DNA of 64,000 nt, filler included, from Basidioascus undulatus (Eukaryota): NCBI GenBank assembly GCA_000826855.1. It is 9 parts of 9 records of this genome, joined end to end, with 100 filler letters (N's around TTAATTAATTAA, not from the genome) between each part and the next. Parts side by side here need not be neighbours in the genome. Positions count along the whole stretch, not along the records: positions 7,228 to 14,353 come from JTLS01001605.1; positions 14,454 to 21,572 come from JTLS01001606.1; positions 21,673 to 28,788 come from JTLS01001607.1; 6 more parts are not named here. One strand, given 5' to 3'. The notes below the pieces were generated by a model that searched no databases, had not been told where the DNA came from, and was given only the letters and a program-made list of their open reading frames with translations. The translations under genes and the position numbers were made by a program. Below, piece by piece: positions 12,640 through 24,929 of this stretch; position 1 is the stretch's first letter, and every line of letters begins with the position of its first letter.

Positions 12640-14353
12640 TTAGGGCGCTTGCTCCAAGGGCAGACGTCTGCTCTTTACTGGATTGTTGGACGACCTAATG
12701 CCTCCTTGCTGAGAAAATTGCGGCTGACTGAATACAGAAAGGTACGTCGGTGAAAGAAGAAGATGCAAAATGCGCTGCTGCGGAAACGGCAGTGAAACGA
12801 CACCGGACTCCGCGAACTGCCACGCCGCTCTGACGCGGACTATTGGTAAACTTGAAAGATCGTACTTCACGGATGCTTCAAATTTATACACAGCCTCAGC
12901 AGTTCGATAGATGGAAACATCAGCAACGTGTCGAGGTGGGTAGATCTCAACAAGCTTGCTGGAAGCTGCCTTCAATTCTACCTGGCAGCCTCCTGCACAG
13001 CCAATCCCGACACAGAAGCACAAATTTATGCCGGAAAATATTGATGGATCCCGAAAATGTACTCCTTCGAGAACAGTCTCTACAGCAAATTCCAGTGAGA
13101 GATCGGTGGGGTCTCCGGAAGCGAGATTGAGCAGTGAAGCGTGGAGCATCCCCAGATATTCTACATTGTAACGAGGGATTAAGAATGTTCCTTGAATCAT
13201 GCACTTTGGTGGATCTTCTTCACTCTCAACTGCATGTACGTTCAACCGCGTGCGTTCTACAGTCTTAAGCTTTGCAGCGTTCTTTCGCTGTAGACGCTGT
13301 TTCTTTCTTCGATGATGGAAGCGGGTATCCTCCCCACCTATTTCTAAAACAATCACGGATATAGAGTAATGAAGAGGAAGCCGCTAAAACTTGGACGCGC
13401 AAGTCGCAACGGAGAAAGGAGGCGTTTCGGCCGAGCCGGTACCTGCCCTGGCAACGCAGATCCCTTCGTGAGGCACTCTCTTCTCCGTGGATTTCTGTTG
13501 CGCATGTCAATCCTTGGAATAATATGGTTTCCGCCTACCTTTACCTTAGCCAGCGAACGCACCGTTACGATCTGCTCGAGCGCAGGAAATGACTTCCCCA
13601 TTCTACATTCCTTCAGCAGCCACCCATCCGCCAACTCCCCCAGAATGATCGCTCGCCCAACCGCATCTGTCCCCTCCTGGCCGATTGCTCCAGACGAGAC
13701 GCCCTCTTCCGCGCTCTCGAGGCCGCAATGGCTCGTCGTGGTCCTTCCGCCTGCTACTCTCCCGCATCTCGCGCCGAGGCCCGACTGGGGCCCGCATGAA
13801 CGCTGGGGGGCGGGGGTGCTGCTGAAGTTGGAGGAAACGGTGAGTTGCACGTCTCCCGAACTCCCCAACCAGGTATCAAGTTGAATTCCTCTTTGCTCTT
13901 CAGCTAGAAGACCAGCTGGACGCGATCGCCGCCGAGTTCGCCTCTCCGACACGACCGGGCTGCACGTCTACCTCGTCCTGCCTTCAACCTCCTCCGCCTC
14001 CAGCGCTACCGCTCTGTCCTCTCGTCCCCGCATTACCTCCTCTGTCTTCCCGACACTTTTCTACCCCTTCTTAGGCCCCTCCCCGAGTCCCGCCGCAGGC
14101 TCCCCGCTCGAGCTCGCCGGTGGCAGCAACGCTTGAATGGGCTGCCGACGTCCCCCGCGCGGCCTGGTGGCCCGCGTGGATCGCCGGCGGCTTGCCCGAG
14201 GGCATATTGAGGGGGCGCAAACGGCGGGAGAGATCCCGGTGGATGTCCGGCCGCCCACCCCGCCTCTCAGGCCGACGCTGCCTTGTAGTAGCGTCGGTTT
14301 CGGCAACGACAGCCCCAGCCCGAGCCTGCCGCGCAGGCTCTCGCTCCTCGCGC
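12640..14353 (-). pseudogene. Fragmented hypothetical protein-coding region
   Basis: Consecutive long minus-strand ORFs (13353-13952, 12640-13356) with upstream in-frame stops. No family recognised. Confidence 0.25.
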
Positions 14354-14453
14354 NNNNNNNNNNNNNNNNNNNNNNNNNNNNNNNNNNNNNNNNNNNNTTA
14401 ATTAATTAANNNNNNNNNNNNNNNNNNNNNNNNNNNNNNNNNNNNNNNNNNNN
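14354..14453. other. Artificial contig linker
   Basis: 44N-TTAATTAATTAA-44N. Confidence 0.99.
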
Positions 14454-14705
14454 GGAGAGGAGGTACTGGGGAGGCTTGGGCGGGGAGTGCTAGAGGTAGG
14501 GGAAGGGGAGGGAGAAGGAGTGGGAGAGCGTGAAGGAGGAGGAGGAGGCCGATGCGGATGCCGAGCTCGGCAATGGGGAGGAGGAAGAGGAGGGGGACGA
14601 GGACAAGCAGATGGTTGTAAATGGGACGGATGGCGCTCTGCCGCGGAGACCACTGCACCGCAGGAAGAAGCCCCGAGCTCGATCACCGCCCCTGCAGGTG
14701 TATGA
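14454..14705 (+). CDS. Probable 3' end of an acidic low-complexity protein (5' partial, frame uncertain)
   Basis: Purine-rich GAG-type codons (EEEEEADADAELGNGEEEEEGDED), followed by a pyrimidine-rich UTR-like tract. Confidence 0.3.
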   Translation, partial: GEEVLGRLGRGVLEVGEGEGEGVGEREGGGGGRCGCRARQWGGGRGGGRGQADGCKWDGWRSAAETTAPQEEAPSSITAPAGV

Positions 14706-15415
14706 CACGCACACCGCGACTCCGCACTGTTCGTCTTCTTTCTCTCTTTCCTCTCATTCGCTCCTGACATTTTCACCTCCCTTCCTCTTCCCCAACCCGC
14801 AGACCCCAATCGTACCCAGCCCACGCGCGCAACCCTCACCCAGCTCTCGCATCTCCCCGACATCCCCTCCGCTCCGCTCGCGCCGGGCCATCCGCCCGTC
14901 CTGGGCGGGAGCAAGATCGGCGCGGGCGCGTGGGGCGTCGCGAGCGTTGTGCTCAGCATGGAGGAGGGCGTGGGGGCGAGACCGGTGGAGGGCGGTTGGC
15001 GAGGGAAGAGTGAGTGGGGGAGGAGGGTGCTCCAGCTTGATGGGGCGGCGTGGCAGGAGGGGGAGTAGACGCTCGCTGCGAGCGCGCTGGCAGGCTGCCA
15101 CATATGCATGCGCTTTCTTGCATAATTCGGATACTGAACGCGCGGTCTGATGTATTGGGACGTTTTCAATATGAGGATATAATACAGCAGGTGGCGGAAA
15201 GGCGAGAAAAGGGAAGAAGGAAGACGCTTGTGGACGCGCGCGGGGGGACAGGGTGTGTGCGCCTGCTGTGGACAGTGGGTGTCGCCCTCGTCCTGCCTTG
15301 CCCTCCGACCACCACCATCCCCCTCCCGGGCAACACATCCATCATACACTTTTAGCTCACATAGTATCCCGCACCCGCTCACCTGCTACAAGCCACACTC
15401 GACAACCAGTCCAAC

Positions 15416-16717
15416 ATGGTTCGTCTCCCCTGTTGAGGCTTTCAGACCGACCCAAGCAGAGCCCTGCTGAGCTGACGCTTCGCCCGCTCGCTCGCCCGCT
15501 GGCTACAGTCAAAGCGCGGTCTTTCGCACCACGAGAAGCGGGCGAAGCTGGTCGAGCTCTTCCACGAGACGGTGCGTCCTTGTCATATCTCCTCCACCTC
15601 CCCGCTCATCGTCCTTCAACCCCGGAGCACTGGCTGGCGGGAGAATGGCTGCAGAAGGACTTCTACACTCTGAAGGAGCTCGAAAAGCTGGCGCCCAAGT
15701 CGAAGGGGATTAGTTGAGTCCCCTCTTAGTTTCTCATCCTCGACCGGCGGACATTTAGCAGGGACGCGGGGGCGGTGCGTGAACCCAGTCTCCAACAGCG
15801 TCAAGGAGGTCCTCCAGTCCCTGTGCGACGACAACCTCGTTTCTTTCGACAAGATCGGGACTTCGAACTGTGTGTGAACTCTTTCGCTTGACCTCTGTTT
15901 CTCGCTGCTCATCGGCTGAGATTTGATCTGCGGGTGCTAAGATTACTGGTCGTTCCCTGGCGGTACGCAGTCGCTTTCCACCCACCATTCAAACCCCCTT
16001 CTCCCCTTCCACCGTTCTTTCCCTATGTTTTCGGACACTTGAAGTGCCTTGACTGATGTCTTCGCCCCTCTACACCATCCTCCACTCGCAGCCGCCGCCG
16101 CCCAAGTGAAAACCCAGCTCGCAGCGCGCGAGGACGAGCTCGCGCAGCTTCGCGCCCGCGCCGCCGAACTCAAAGCGAGTATCGCAGACGGACAAGCTGC
16201 TCGACCCGAGTCCATAACCTCCCCGTCCTCCCCCTCGCCCTCCGAACCGTTGGTAAAGCCCCTTCGTTCCCCTCGTTCCTCGCCGAGACCGCGCACCCAC
16301 CCGCTCTCCGGACGCACGCTTCAGAAACTCATGCCCTCTGCATCTCCATAGGGTTCGACCCCATCCCGCACCGAAATGGTCGCCCAGCTCAAGGCGCTTC
16401 AAGCCGAGCTGCGCACGCTCGACGACGAGCTCGCCCAGTGGACGGGGTCCGACCCGGCCGCGCTGGACATGAAGCGGTGGGCGGTCGCGACGGCCAAGGC
16501 GGAGGCGATTCGTCTAACCGGTGCGTCATTTCGTTTCACCTCCCTCTCCTTGGGGGTGTTGAGCGTTACTTACGGGGAGGGTGGGTCTCGCGGGTTGTAA
16601 TGGTCGATAGAAGCGACCTCGCTCGCGATCGCCACGCTGGCCGACCGCGCGGGCGTCGAGCGTTCGGACGTCCGCCAGGCGCTCGGAATCGATGAGGCTT
16701 GGGAGGACATCAGCTGA
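15416..16717 (+). CDS. MND1: Meiotic nuclear division protein 1 (Hop2-Mnd1 complex), multi-exon
   Basis: ATG directly followed by an intron, then SKRGLSHHEKRAKLVELFHET/KDFYTLKELEKLAPKSKGI/VSNSVKEVLQSLCDDNLVSFDKIGTSN/YWSFP. A coiled coil follows, with C-terminal VRQALGIDEAWEDIS*. Confidence 0.93.
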
Positions 16718-17130
16718 AGGGCTGGAATGGACGCCGTCACGGATGGATTCTTTACGTCCCCTCCGCTTCTCCTCTATCCGTTGGGTGGAAGCTATATTTC
16801 TAAGATTCTTGTGCTCCTATCAGCGAGACCTGTGACTTCTGCCCTTCCCATGAACCAGTGATTCATTGGCTTTTCTTTCGTCCATTGCGTGCTTCCAACA
16901 ACCTCGTAGCCACAAAGGAAGCGTAACACATTCTGAGAGACTGCGAAACTGCCACTACATCCACATTCACCTCAACCCGTCCCAACGGAGGTGACCATTA
17001 TAAACACCTATGTTTTTCACTGAACGCAACTTTGGATATTGCGTGGGCTGAACCAGGAAGGAGAAACCACAGTCCGTCAACGCCCAGAAAGCCAACTCTA
17101 TGCATGTCTGCGTTCACAGAGGCCCGAGAC

Positions 17131-17645
17131 TCAGAGCTCTCCGATGCTAGCTTTGCCCTCCGCCGCGATAGGTAGGGTAATTTTGGGCAGCGAAGACCGT
17201 TCACCCTGCTTCAAGCGTCGTACTGCCGGATGCACCGGTGAAGACGAAGCGCCGGCGAACCCCACCCCCCTCGAGTCGGCCACCTGCTGCAAGGTCACAA
17301 AGGAAAGTGTCAGACGTTTGGCATTCTGACGCAAGTCAATGTCATCGTAAAATGTGGATTGAACCGCACCTTAATGAATTCCATGAGCGTCTGCGCGTTG
17401 TTGATGAGTCCGCGCGAGTCTCGCCTGATCCATTTCAGTCTGATGTCGGCCTCACGCTTCTTTGCCTCCAGCCGGATCTTCTTCAACTCCAGCTCGAGCC
17501 TCTTCGGCGCCAACTCGGCGACAAGCTGGCGCTTCTTCTCCTCCAACTCGGCTTCCAGTGCGCGCTTCTTCGCCTCCAGCTCGCGCTGCAGCACGAGCTG
17601 CTGATGCACGAGCTCGCCCTCCTCGGACTTTGCGCTTGAAGGCAT
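17131..17645 (-). CDS. Hypothetical coiled-coil protein (copy A of tandem pair)
   Basis: Heptad-rich ORF 17310-17645 with a GTGCGG donor after EFIK. The next exon contains PVHPAVRRLKQG. Confidence 0.5.
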
Positions 17646-18045
17646 TCAGCTCATCCTCCTCTTCCCCAGTGCCGAGAGCTTATCGTGGCAGGTCCGTAAC
17701 CTAGCCCAAAGACTTGCTGAAATCTTGTCCATACTGGCACTGAGCTTTCAAACCTCGACCCGTCAGTCGCTCGAGGGCAAGGATCTTGATAAGTCATGAT
17801 CCTACCTGGCTACACCGAGGGAGCGAGTTGACTGGAAGAAGATCCGGAAAAGTCTGAGAGTTTAGGTGAAGATGACGTTGTAAATCAAGATGAAGGCGCG
17901 AGGGAAGCGAGAACGACTCGAAATGGCTCGGAGCCGCGGACTTGAAACTGGTTAGGCTGGTTGAATGCAGATGCCGAAACACCCCTGCTTATGTTCTACC
18001 CCAGATAGCTTCGTTCATTTATCACATAGATGCACATCAATGGTA

Positions 18046-18770
18046 TCAGCAACGCTCCAATGGAGCCTCGAATTCCAAGCTACGACAGCCGCAGCCTGGA
18101 ATGCATGCAGCCGCTAAAAGGTGTAGAACGCGTTCTTTTCTCTGAGACGGTGTAAATATAGATGCCTTCATGACTCCCTGAAATTTCGCTTCTTTGATCG
18201 CCGACCACAGAGAAGAGAGCGCGTCCGGTGTAGTACGCACTGCGCATTGCTCTAGCAGTGGAATGGACGCGGCTTCCACAGCTTGCAGGCGATCCGGCAG
18301 CCCTTGGCCCTTTCGCATGGTGACTCTATCGCTATGAACGGATTCCTTTCATGAACAACGTCTCAGCTCGACCCTATAAACATCTTCGAAAACCGCGGGA
18401 GACCCTTCAAGGCTTCGAGGCAAACCGCCCTCGCTTCAGCCGTTGCACAGCAGGATGGACTGGACGAAGGGACTGCGGCCAGTCATCCAGAGAAAGTTCA
18501 TGTTACTTCACTGCCTCTTCCATCGGGAGGTGCCAGCTCTGGATAGAGAAGTACGCACATTGGCAAACTCGTTGATTCTCAGTATGCTCTCCATGAGCTG
18601 GTTTGAATCCCCTTTAATTTGGTGTAGCCTGCTCTCGGCCTTGGTCTTCTGGGCCTGCAGCTCAGGCTACTAGTGCAGACACTTCCACTCCTCGTCCTCG
18701 ATGCGGGCCTTGCTCGCCTCGAGCTCGTTCTGCTCCTTGACCCCTGGTGAAAGCCGTAGTTCACTCCGTT
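18046..18770 (-). pseudogene. Degenerate paralog of the 17131-17645 coiled-coil gene (copy B)
   Basis: ELQAQKTKAESRLHQIKGDSNQLMESILRINEF followed by a GTGCGT donor, then PVHPAVQRLKRG. In-frame TAG TAG at 18667-18672 and TGA at 18407-18409. Confidence 0.6.
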
Positions 18771-19362
18771 GGCCTGTAGAGGTGGTCACCTGAACAAATG
18801 TGCGCACTCTTTCTTGCTAAGGGTTCATCAGTAGAACCATATACTTCAACTAGGTGCCAGCGAGGGACCAGGACATTTTGCAACAGCGGAGAGTACCATT
18901 CTGACTTCCGCGACGCGCGAAGGAAGTCCGCGATGGAAGCTCGGTAGGCTCAACCTGCCAAAAGTTTCCTATCCATATTCCGTAGCCGTACGAGACGAAT
19001 ATATCCCAGTGGATCGAACTCGTTTCTTATGGAGAATATGAAAGATCTATACGGTCACAACGGACACAACACTACCCAGGGCCACACTGCCTGTCGATAT
19101 CGACATCTTTGTCTCTCTTTCCGGATTTTCAGCCACCCGTTCTGCATTATTGGAAAGGGTTATTCAAACTCAACCAAGACCAGGCGTTTAGATGCAATGA
19201 GCTGCCGTGAAACAGGTAGCGCAGTCCACAGCGTTCGTGACAGCAGAGCAGAGCTTCGCGATGTCAACTTGCCAGACCCTTAATTATTATTAAGCAGAGC
19301 ACGATACAGGAATGTGAAGTACACTGGGCATATAAGAATACAGGATTAAACACAGTCACACC

Positions 19363-20655
19363 TCAGAAAAGCTGCAGCCCCAGGACGTCCGACGATTTGC
19401 GCGCGTTCGACATGGGCTCGACGAGGGGCACAGGCTTCCTGCGGACATTGCTCAGCGCGCGCGGGCGCTGTAACAAGGTACGGAGCGATCAACTCACCAT
19501 CGTCGTCCAGGTGCCGCTGGTCGCGTAGTTCGCCTCCTCGCCCGCGTCCCAAGTGTGCATCGTCATGCCGAGGCGCTTATACAGGCGGCGCTTCGGGTCG
19601 GAGTAGATGGGGAACGGGAGGTTGAGCGCCTTGCGGTACGAAGACAGGACATTCCAGGTCGAGGGCGAGATGAGGATAAGGTTGAAGTCGGTCGGAAGGG
19701 GGACGATGTCGGGGAGAGTGCGCGAGTAATCCTGGCAGGAAGGGCAGCTATGGGACAGGCAAGCAGGTCAGCGCTGTCCGATAGACAGTAAGAGGGAGAA
19801 GTGCTGGGACGTACTAGGCGTGGCGGAGGAAGATGACGACCGTCTTCTTGTCCACGTAGGGTTTCCCAAACTGCACCTTGCGCCTCTTCTCGTTGCGCAC
19901 GGAGGTGAGGCTCGCGTCGAAGAGGTTCATCTCCGTCGGGAGCTCGGCAACGCCATAGAGGCGATCTAGGCTGCGCGCTTCATCGCCGCCTTGCTGAGGC
20001 TCTTGGACCGGGCCTTGGGCTTGCACGCCGGCTCTGGAGAGAGTGCGGCGACGGCGGAGCGCTTGACGTAGTGAGGGCACGAGGCGGTCTTGCTGATCGG
20101 GAGAGAGGTGTTGGAGGAGGGGAAGTTCAGGAGCGTGTAGAGGGACTTGTGCGGGGGAGTGGGAGCGATAGAAGGGCGACGACGAGAGGGGGACGAGGAA
20201 GTGGGCGATACAGGGAGTCCAAGGCGTCTCGAATTCGGCGACGCGCTGGCTGCGGACGGAGGCAGGAGGCGTCGTCATGTGCTGAGAGGCGGGCGGGTGT
20301 CGAGGGAGACGATGAATTGGGGTGCAGATCGGGAGTCGTGCTTGTCATCTGACGAAGAGACCGAGCTCGAGGACGGCGTGAGGGGAGGTGGGGGTGGAAG
20401 TTGGGGGACAAAGTCGGAGATTCAAAGCTGGGGCGGGACAGACTTGCGGACGGCGGAGAAGCGCTGGCTGCTGCGCGGAGAGGAGGACGTGGGGGACGGC
20501 GGCGGAGGGTAGTCGTGCCACGGCACCGCCGGAAAGTCCTTGATGATGTCGAGCGTGACTCTCCGCTCTGGGAGGCCGTCGAGCGAAGGGAACAACGGCG
20601 AGTCGGCCATCGAGGATGATATGGAGGGTGAGTAGTACGGCATCGAGATGGACAT
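19363..20655 (-). CDS. AhpC/TSA-2 (peroxiredoxin-like 2) thioredoxin-fold protein with a long Ser/Pro-rich N-terminus
   Basis: LPTEMNLFDASLTSVRNEKRRKVQFG..KTVVIFLRHAY/CPSCQDY (CxxC), FPIYSDPKRRLYKRLGM. The 5' exon structure and 3' end are uncertain, and lesions are possible. Confidence 0.75.
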
Positions 20656-21572
20656 GGCGAGCGGTGAGCGTGGCGAGACGAGGAGGGGGACTACGGAAGA
20701 GGGCAGAGTGGGGGCAAGCAGCACTTTAAGGCGCGACAAGCTGTTCGAGCGGCTTGAAGGGGGACGCGCCTCGCCCACAGTGCGCGCCATCGCTTGCAGA
20801 ATGAGCGTGCACCCGACCTTCGCAGGAGACAAGGAGGCATTTCGAAGAGGCTGACGGGTGCTGGCCGCTGGACGAGAGAAGAGGCAGTGAAGCGAACGTG
20901 AGGATTGCCAGTTCAAGACAGCGTCCCGAGCCGCCGAAATCAGCCAACGGTCGAGGCGGTCGAAATTGTCGGCGCCGGCGTGCGAGAACTCGGGCTCGAG
21001 ATCGAGGACGTGAACTTTGCGACAGTTTTGATTCATCGAGTCGGTCAGTAAGAGTGCACTTTGCAACGCTCATTAAACCCGTCTCGCAATGAAGTGGGGG
21101 AACGGGGCCGAGATGACGGTTTCGGTTGAGGGGAGGGTAAGAGGTAAGGCGGCGTCGTGGCAGACCATGTCTCACCGGATCCGGAGCGCAACCGCAGCCA
21201 TTTTCTTCTCAACCTCGTTCCTTGCTTACACTCCTTCGAGTCTGCTTCGGCTTTGTTGTTTAAGGCTGTTGGTTCCGAGCGTGACAATAATTGAAAGCAC
21301 ATAAGTGACAGCATGTTGAAATAGACTCGCTCGCTAGTGCTGGCACTCAACTACACGAGCAAGACGCGAATGCAGCGAACCGGTACACTTCGTTCCATGC
21401 GTCTGCGCATCAAAGCGAGCAATATGCACTTTTTGACATTGTAACGCAAGCATGGCATAGTATGACAGTCTGTCTTTGCCTGCACACGGATAGTAGCTCG
21501 GCGTCAGCGAGCCAGTAGCATGTTACCCAGGGTGCCCGAGTCATTTTCGTTGCTCTAACGGTACTTGGGGAA

Positions 21573-21672
21573 NNNNNNNNNNNNNNNNNNNNNNNNNNNN
21601 NNNNNNNNNNNNNNNNTTAATTAATTAANNNNNNNNNNNNNNNNNNNNNNNNNNNNNNNNNNNNNNNNNNNN
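21573..21672. other. Artificial contig linker
   Basis: 44N-TTAATTAATTAA-44N. Confidence 0.99.
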
Positions 21673-21745
21673 GGAGGCTCTGGCTACTCTGTACGCTGAA
21701 AGAGACATCGTCTTGCCGCTCGAGGGTCGGAGGCTCGTGCAGTGA
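21673..21745 (+). repeat. 73-bp exact inverted copy of 26924-26996 (3' end of an F-box-like paralog)
   Basis: GGAGGCTCTGGCTACT...GGCTCGTGCAGTGA encodes EALATLYAERDIVLPLEGRRLVQ* and is the reverse complement of 26924-26996. Confidence 0.95.
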
Positions 21746-22209
21746 CCGGGCGGGGCGGGGAAAAAACTGGCTGCAATGATACATGGCATTATGAACAGAC
21801 TCCGTGTGTGCACCGCGCCCGTACTCATGGCGTGCTCAACTTCCAATGCGCGAGTGGATGCCGTCGTCCGGTAAACGAACGGTCTGGCTTCACCATGAAC
21901 AGTCACTTGAACCTTGAACAAGTTGCGTCATGCGTCTCAATGTAAGGAAGGTTGCATGTTGTGTCCTCAGGTCCTAAACAAGCGTGCAATTGTCCTCGCT
22001 TGTCCTCCGAAAGCTGGTGAACGCAGATCCGAAGTGCAGTGTCGGCGCCCTCTGTAGATTGAACCAGCGACTGAAGCTGAAGTCAGACTTGCATGATGGT
22101 CTTGCACGGCAAACTGACATCGTAAGTCTAACAAAATGCCTCTAATAAAGATCCAAAGAGAACGCAAATCTGCGTGTCCGGAAGATACAAGTACAACTGC
22201 ATCACACCC

Positions 22210-24296
22210 TCAAACGTCCCCAACCACGCTGCTCCCGGCACGTTGACCCATTAGCCATGCTGTCCCCTTCCGACACTGCGACGAAAGGAAAAGGACCCAC
22301 GCAAAGTTATGCAAGTCCCCGTAAATGGCATCCTCCAGCACCTGCCGATTCCGCTCGTAGATCGCCCCCCGATGCGCCTCCATCCCCGCCTCGCTCCGCG
22401 GCCATGAGCGCGCTGCGAGCTCGGGCCCATCCGGCGCGAGCCCAACGGGCGGGGAGGGCGTCGTCGTCCCGTGCCGACGGAGGAGGCCGACAGCGGCCAT
22501 GTCGGAGATACTACCCGGGCTGAGGGGGGCGGTGGGGGTGCGTCAGTGCCAGGGAGAAAGGGGAGGAACGAGGAAGATGCTGGGGGAGGGAGGACGCACC
22601 GGACGACGATACCCCGGGGGTCGAGGTAGGTGTAGGAGTTGAGGTGCATCCGCGTTACGAGGATGGGGACGCTGTGGGGGGTGTGAGGATCAGTTTGCGA
22701 AGCTCGGTTTGGTTTGCAGCAGAAAGAAGACATACTGCCCGATGACGGCTGCGGGAATGGAACTGCTAGCAGCTGTGCTCGCACCCCCAGGTTAGCCGCG
22801 AAGTTCTATTGCGCAATGCGGGTCGAAGTAAGATGCACCATCCGTGTAGTACCCACCGCCATTGAACGCCGGGATGAGGATGTCCATCGAGTGCAGCAGG
22901 CTGTAGAACTCCGGGTACACGAGGTTGTGGTGCACCTCCACGACGCTCGAGACGGGCCCGGGGATCTCGACTGAGCCTTGCCCGATTAGGTGCTGTGGAG
23001 GAGGTAGATACGGATGTCAGGGGTGTGGGAGAAGAGGGAAGATGATGGGGCAGGGGACAGGCGTACGAGCGTGAACGGGTCCGACACGGCCGGGTCGCGG
23101 ACAAACGGCGCAGTCATGTTCGTGGGGTCCTCGGGGAGCGAGTAACCCCACAGTTCCGGATCCGCTATCCCCCCCAATCACACCATCAGCATCAACCCAG
23201 TGCATCTCCCCCTTGCAGCGCACGCACCCCGAATCTCCGCCTCGAGCGTGCGGAACACCGTCGCGTAGTCCCTGCGGCCCTGGTTGATCCCGCCCTGGAT
23301 CGCGGCGCGCGTGACGCGCGCGCGCGTGCCGTGCAAGGAGCGCTCGGGTGAGGAGGTTTCCATAGATAGGTCGTACGGGAAGATGGGAACGAAGGTGTGG
23401 ACGGGGCATTGGTCGTATGGGACGCCGGTGACCCCGTCTGGCTTGGCCATGAGCCAGCCGAGGTTGCGCTCGGTGGATTTGGAGGTGCTGCGAAGAGGGG
23501 GAGGGGGCCATGAGCGTGTAGAGATGGTTCTGTGATTGAATAGCCCCGACTGGTGTAGCCAACCCCCCGTTCCCTCCCTCATACCCCTAGCTTGAATGGC
23601 AACGACTCACTGCGACGACAGTCCAACAAGCGACAGCGCCCCCTTAAGCGCCCAAGGCCTCAAGTCCTTCTCGAGCTTCTCAATCCCATTCGCATGGTGG
23701 ATCAAGCACAGCAGCCTGAACTTGCGCTCGCGGGCCTCCCACGCCTGCATGAGCTGCTTGCCTGCGTTGGGGAGGTGGTGCTCGCACGTCGTGCTGACGA
23801 GCACGTCGATCCGGCGCGCGCCGTCCTCCGCGCGCAGGTCCTCGTACAGGTCCGCGAGCGGCGTGATCGGCTTGGGAAAGTACGGCGTCAGGATCTCGTC
23901 GAACCCGAAACGCAGGTAGCGGTGTCGGTAGAAGGTCACTTCTGCGCCCGGCAGCTGCAGCGCGGAGTAGATGAGCGCGCCGAGGACCTCTTCATGGTGG
24001 CCTGTTCTCACAGTATCAGTTCTGAGCGTCCTTCAACCTCCTTCAGTATATCACTCGGGCCCAGGGGACGAACCAGCGGACTCCTCGATCGCTATCCGTG
24101 TTCGCCTGACCGGCTTCGGCGGCGTTTGGGAGACGGGGGAAGGCGGGGGTGGGGAGGACTGAGCGGACGCGTGGGATTGGAGGTGTATGGAAGGACCGGC
24201 GGAGAGGATCAAGAGCGTGACGAGCGCCAGGCCAAAGGCAGCTCCCAGCACGACGCGAGCTGTTCGCGCTCGGGGAACGCCGATGATCGCGGCCAT
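22210..24296 (-). CDS. Putative type II membrane glycosyltransferase (GT-B-like, basidiomycete family), multi-exon
   Basis: N-terminal TM helix and Pro-rich stem. Motifs IEESAG/HHEEVLGAL, DVLVSTTCE, LIHH, FVPIF, AAIQGGINQGRRDY, NLVYPEFYSLLHSMDILIPAF and VPILVTRMHLNSYTYL. Confidence 0.6.
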
Positions 24297-24929
24297 CCTC
24301 GCGGGATGTCTTGAACGCCAGAGCAACAGAATATTGTCAGTACATCCGGGGTTTCTTCCTGCGGTTTTGGGACGCACGGGGCTCTGGGAAGGAAGGAGCA
24401 GGGCGCAGTGGCAGAGAGGGAAGACGAAAGGAAGACGCTCTGGCGAGGCGAGACGCGCTGTGTCGCGCCCTCGTGCGATTACAGTTCATGCGGCTACACC
24501 TACCGCCTATCGCCTCTTGAATAACAATCTTTCTAAAATTCTTCTGTGTTTAACTTCAATCCACATAATAATGATTCAGAGGAGACCTCCAGAATAAAAG
24601 TGCAGACTTTGACAGCCCGTACGGTGCGTCGCTGGCATGCAGCGGCCAGCTGTCAACCGCTGTCAGAAGCATTCAATGCTCGTCCCAGGCCCTCCCTCTA
24701 CGGTATCTAGGCCTGAAATTTCATCAAATTTCATGGAGCGCACTACTGGTGTGTTTGCAGCAGTCGAGCAGACAGTCCCCCCCGGGCGGCACTGCAGCAG
24801 TCGAGCTAACTGCCAACGCGAGTGACGCGCCGTCATCCGCGGTTTCCTTCCCGCCGCCATCATTTCTCGTCCATCCACCTTACACCTGAGCCTTCTACAC
24901 GTCTTGGGGACGAATAGGGCTTAAATAAA

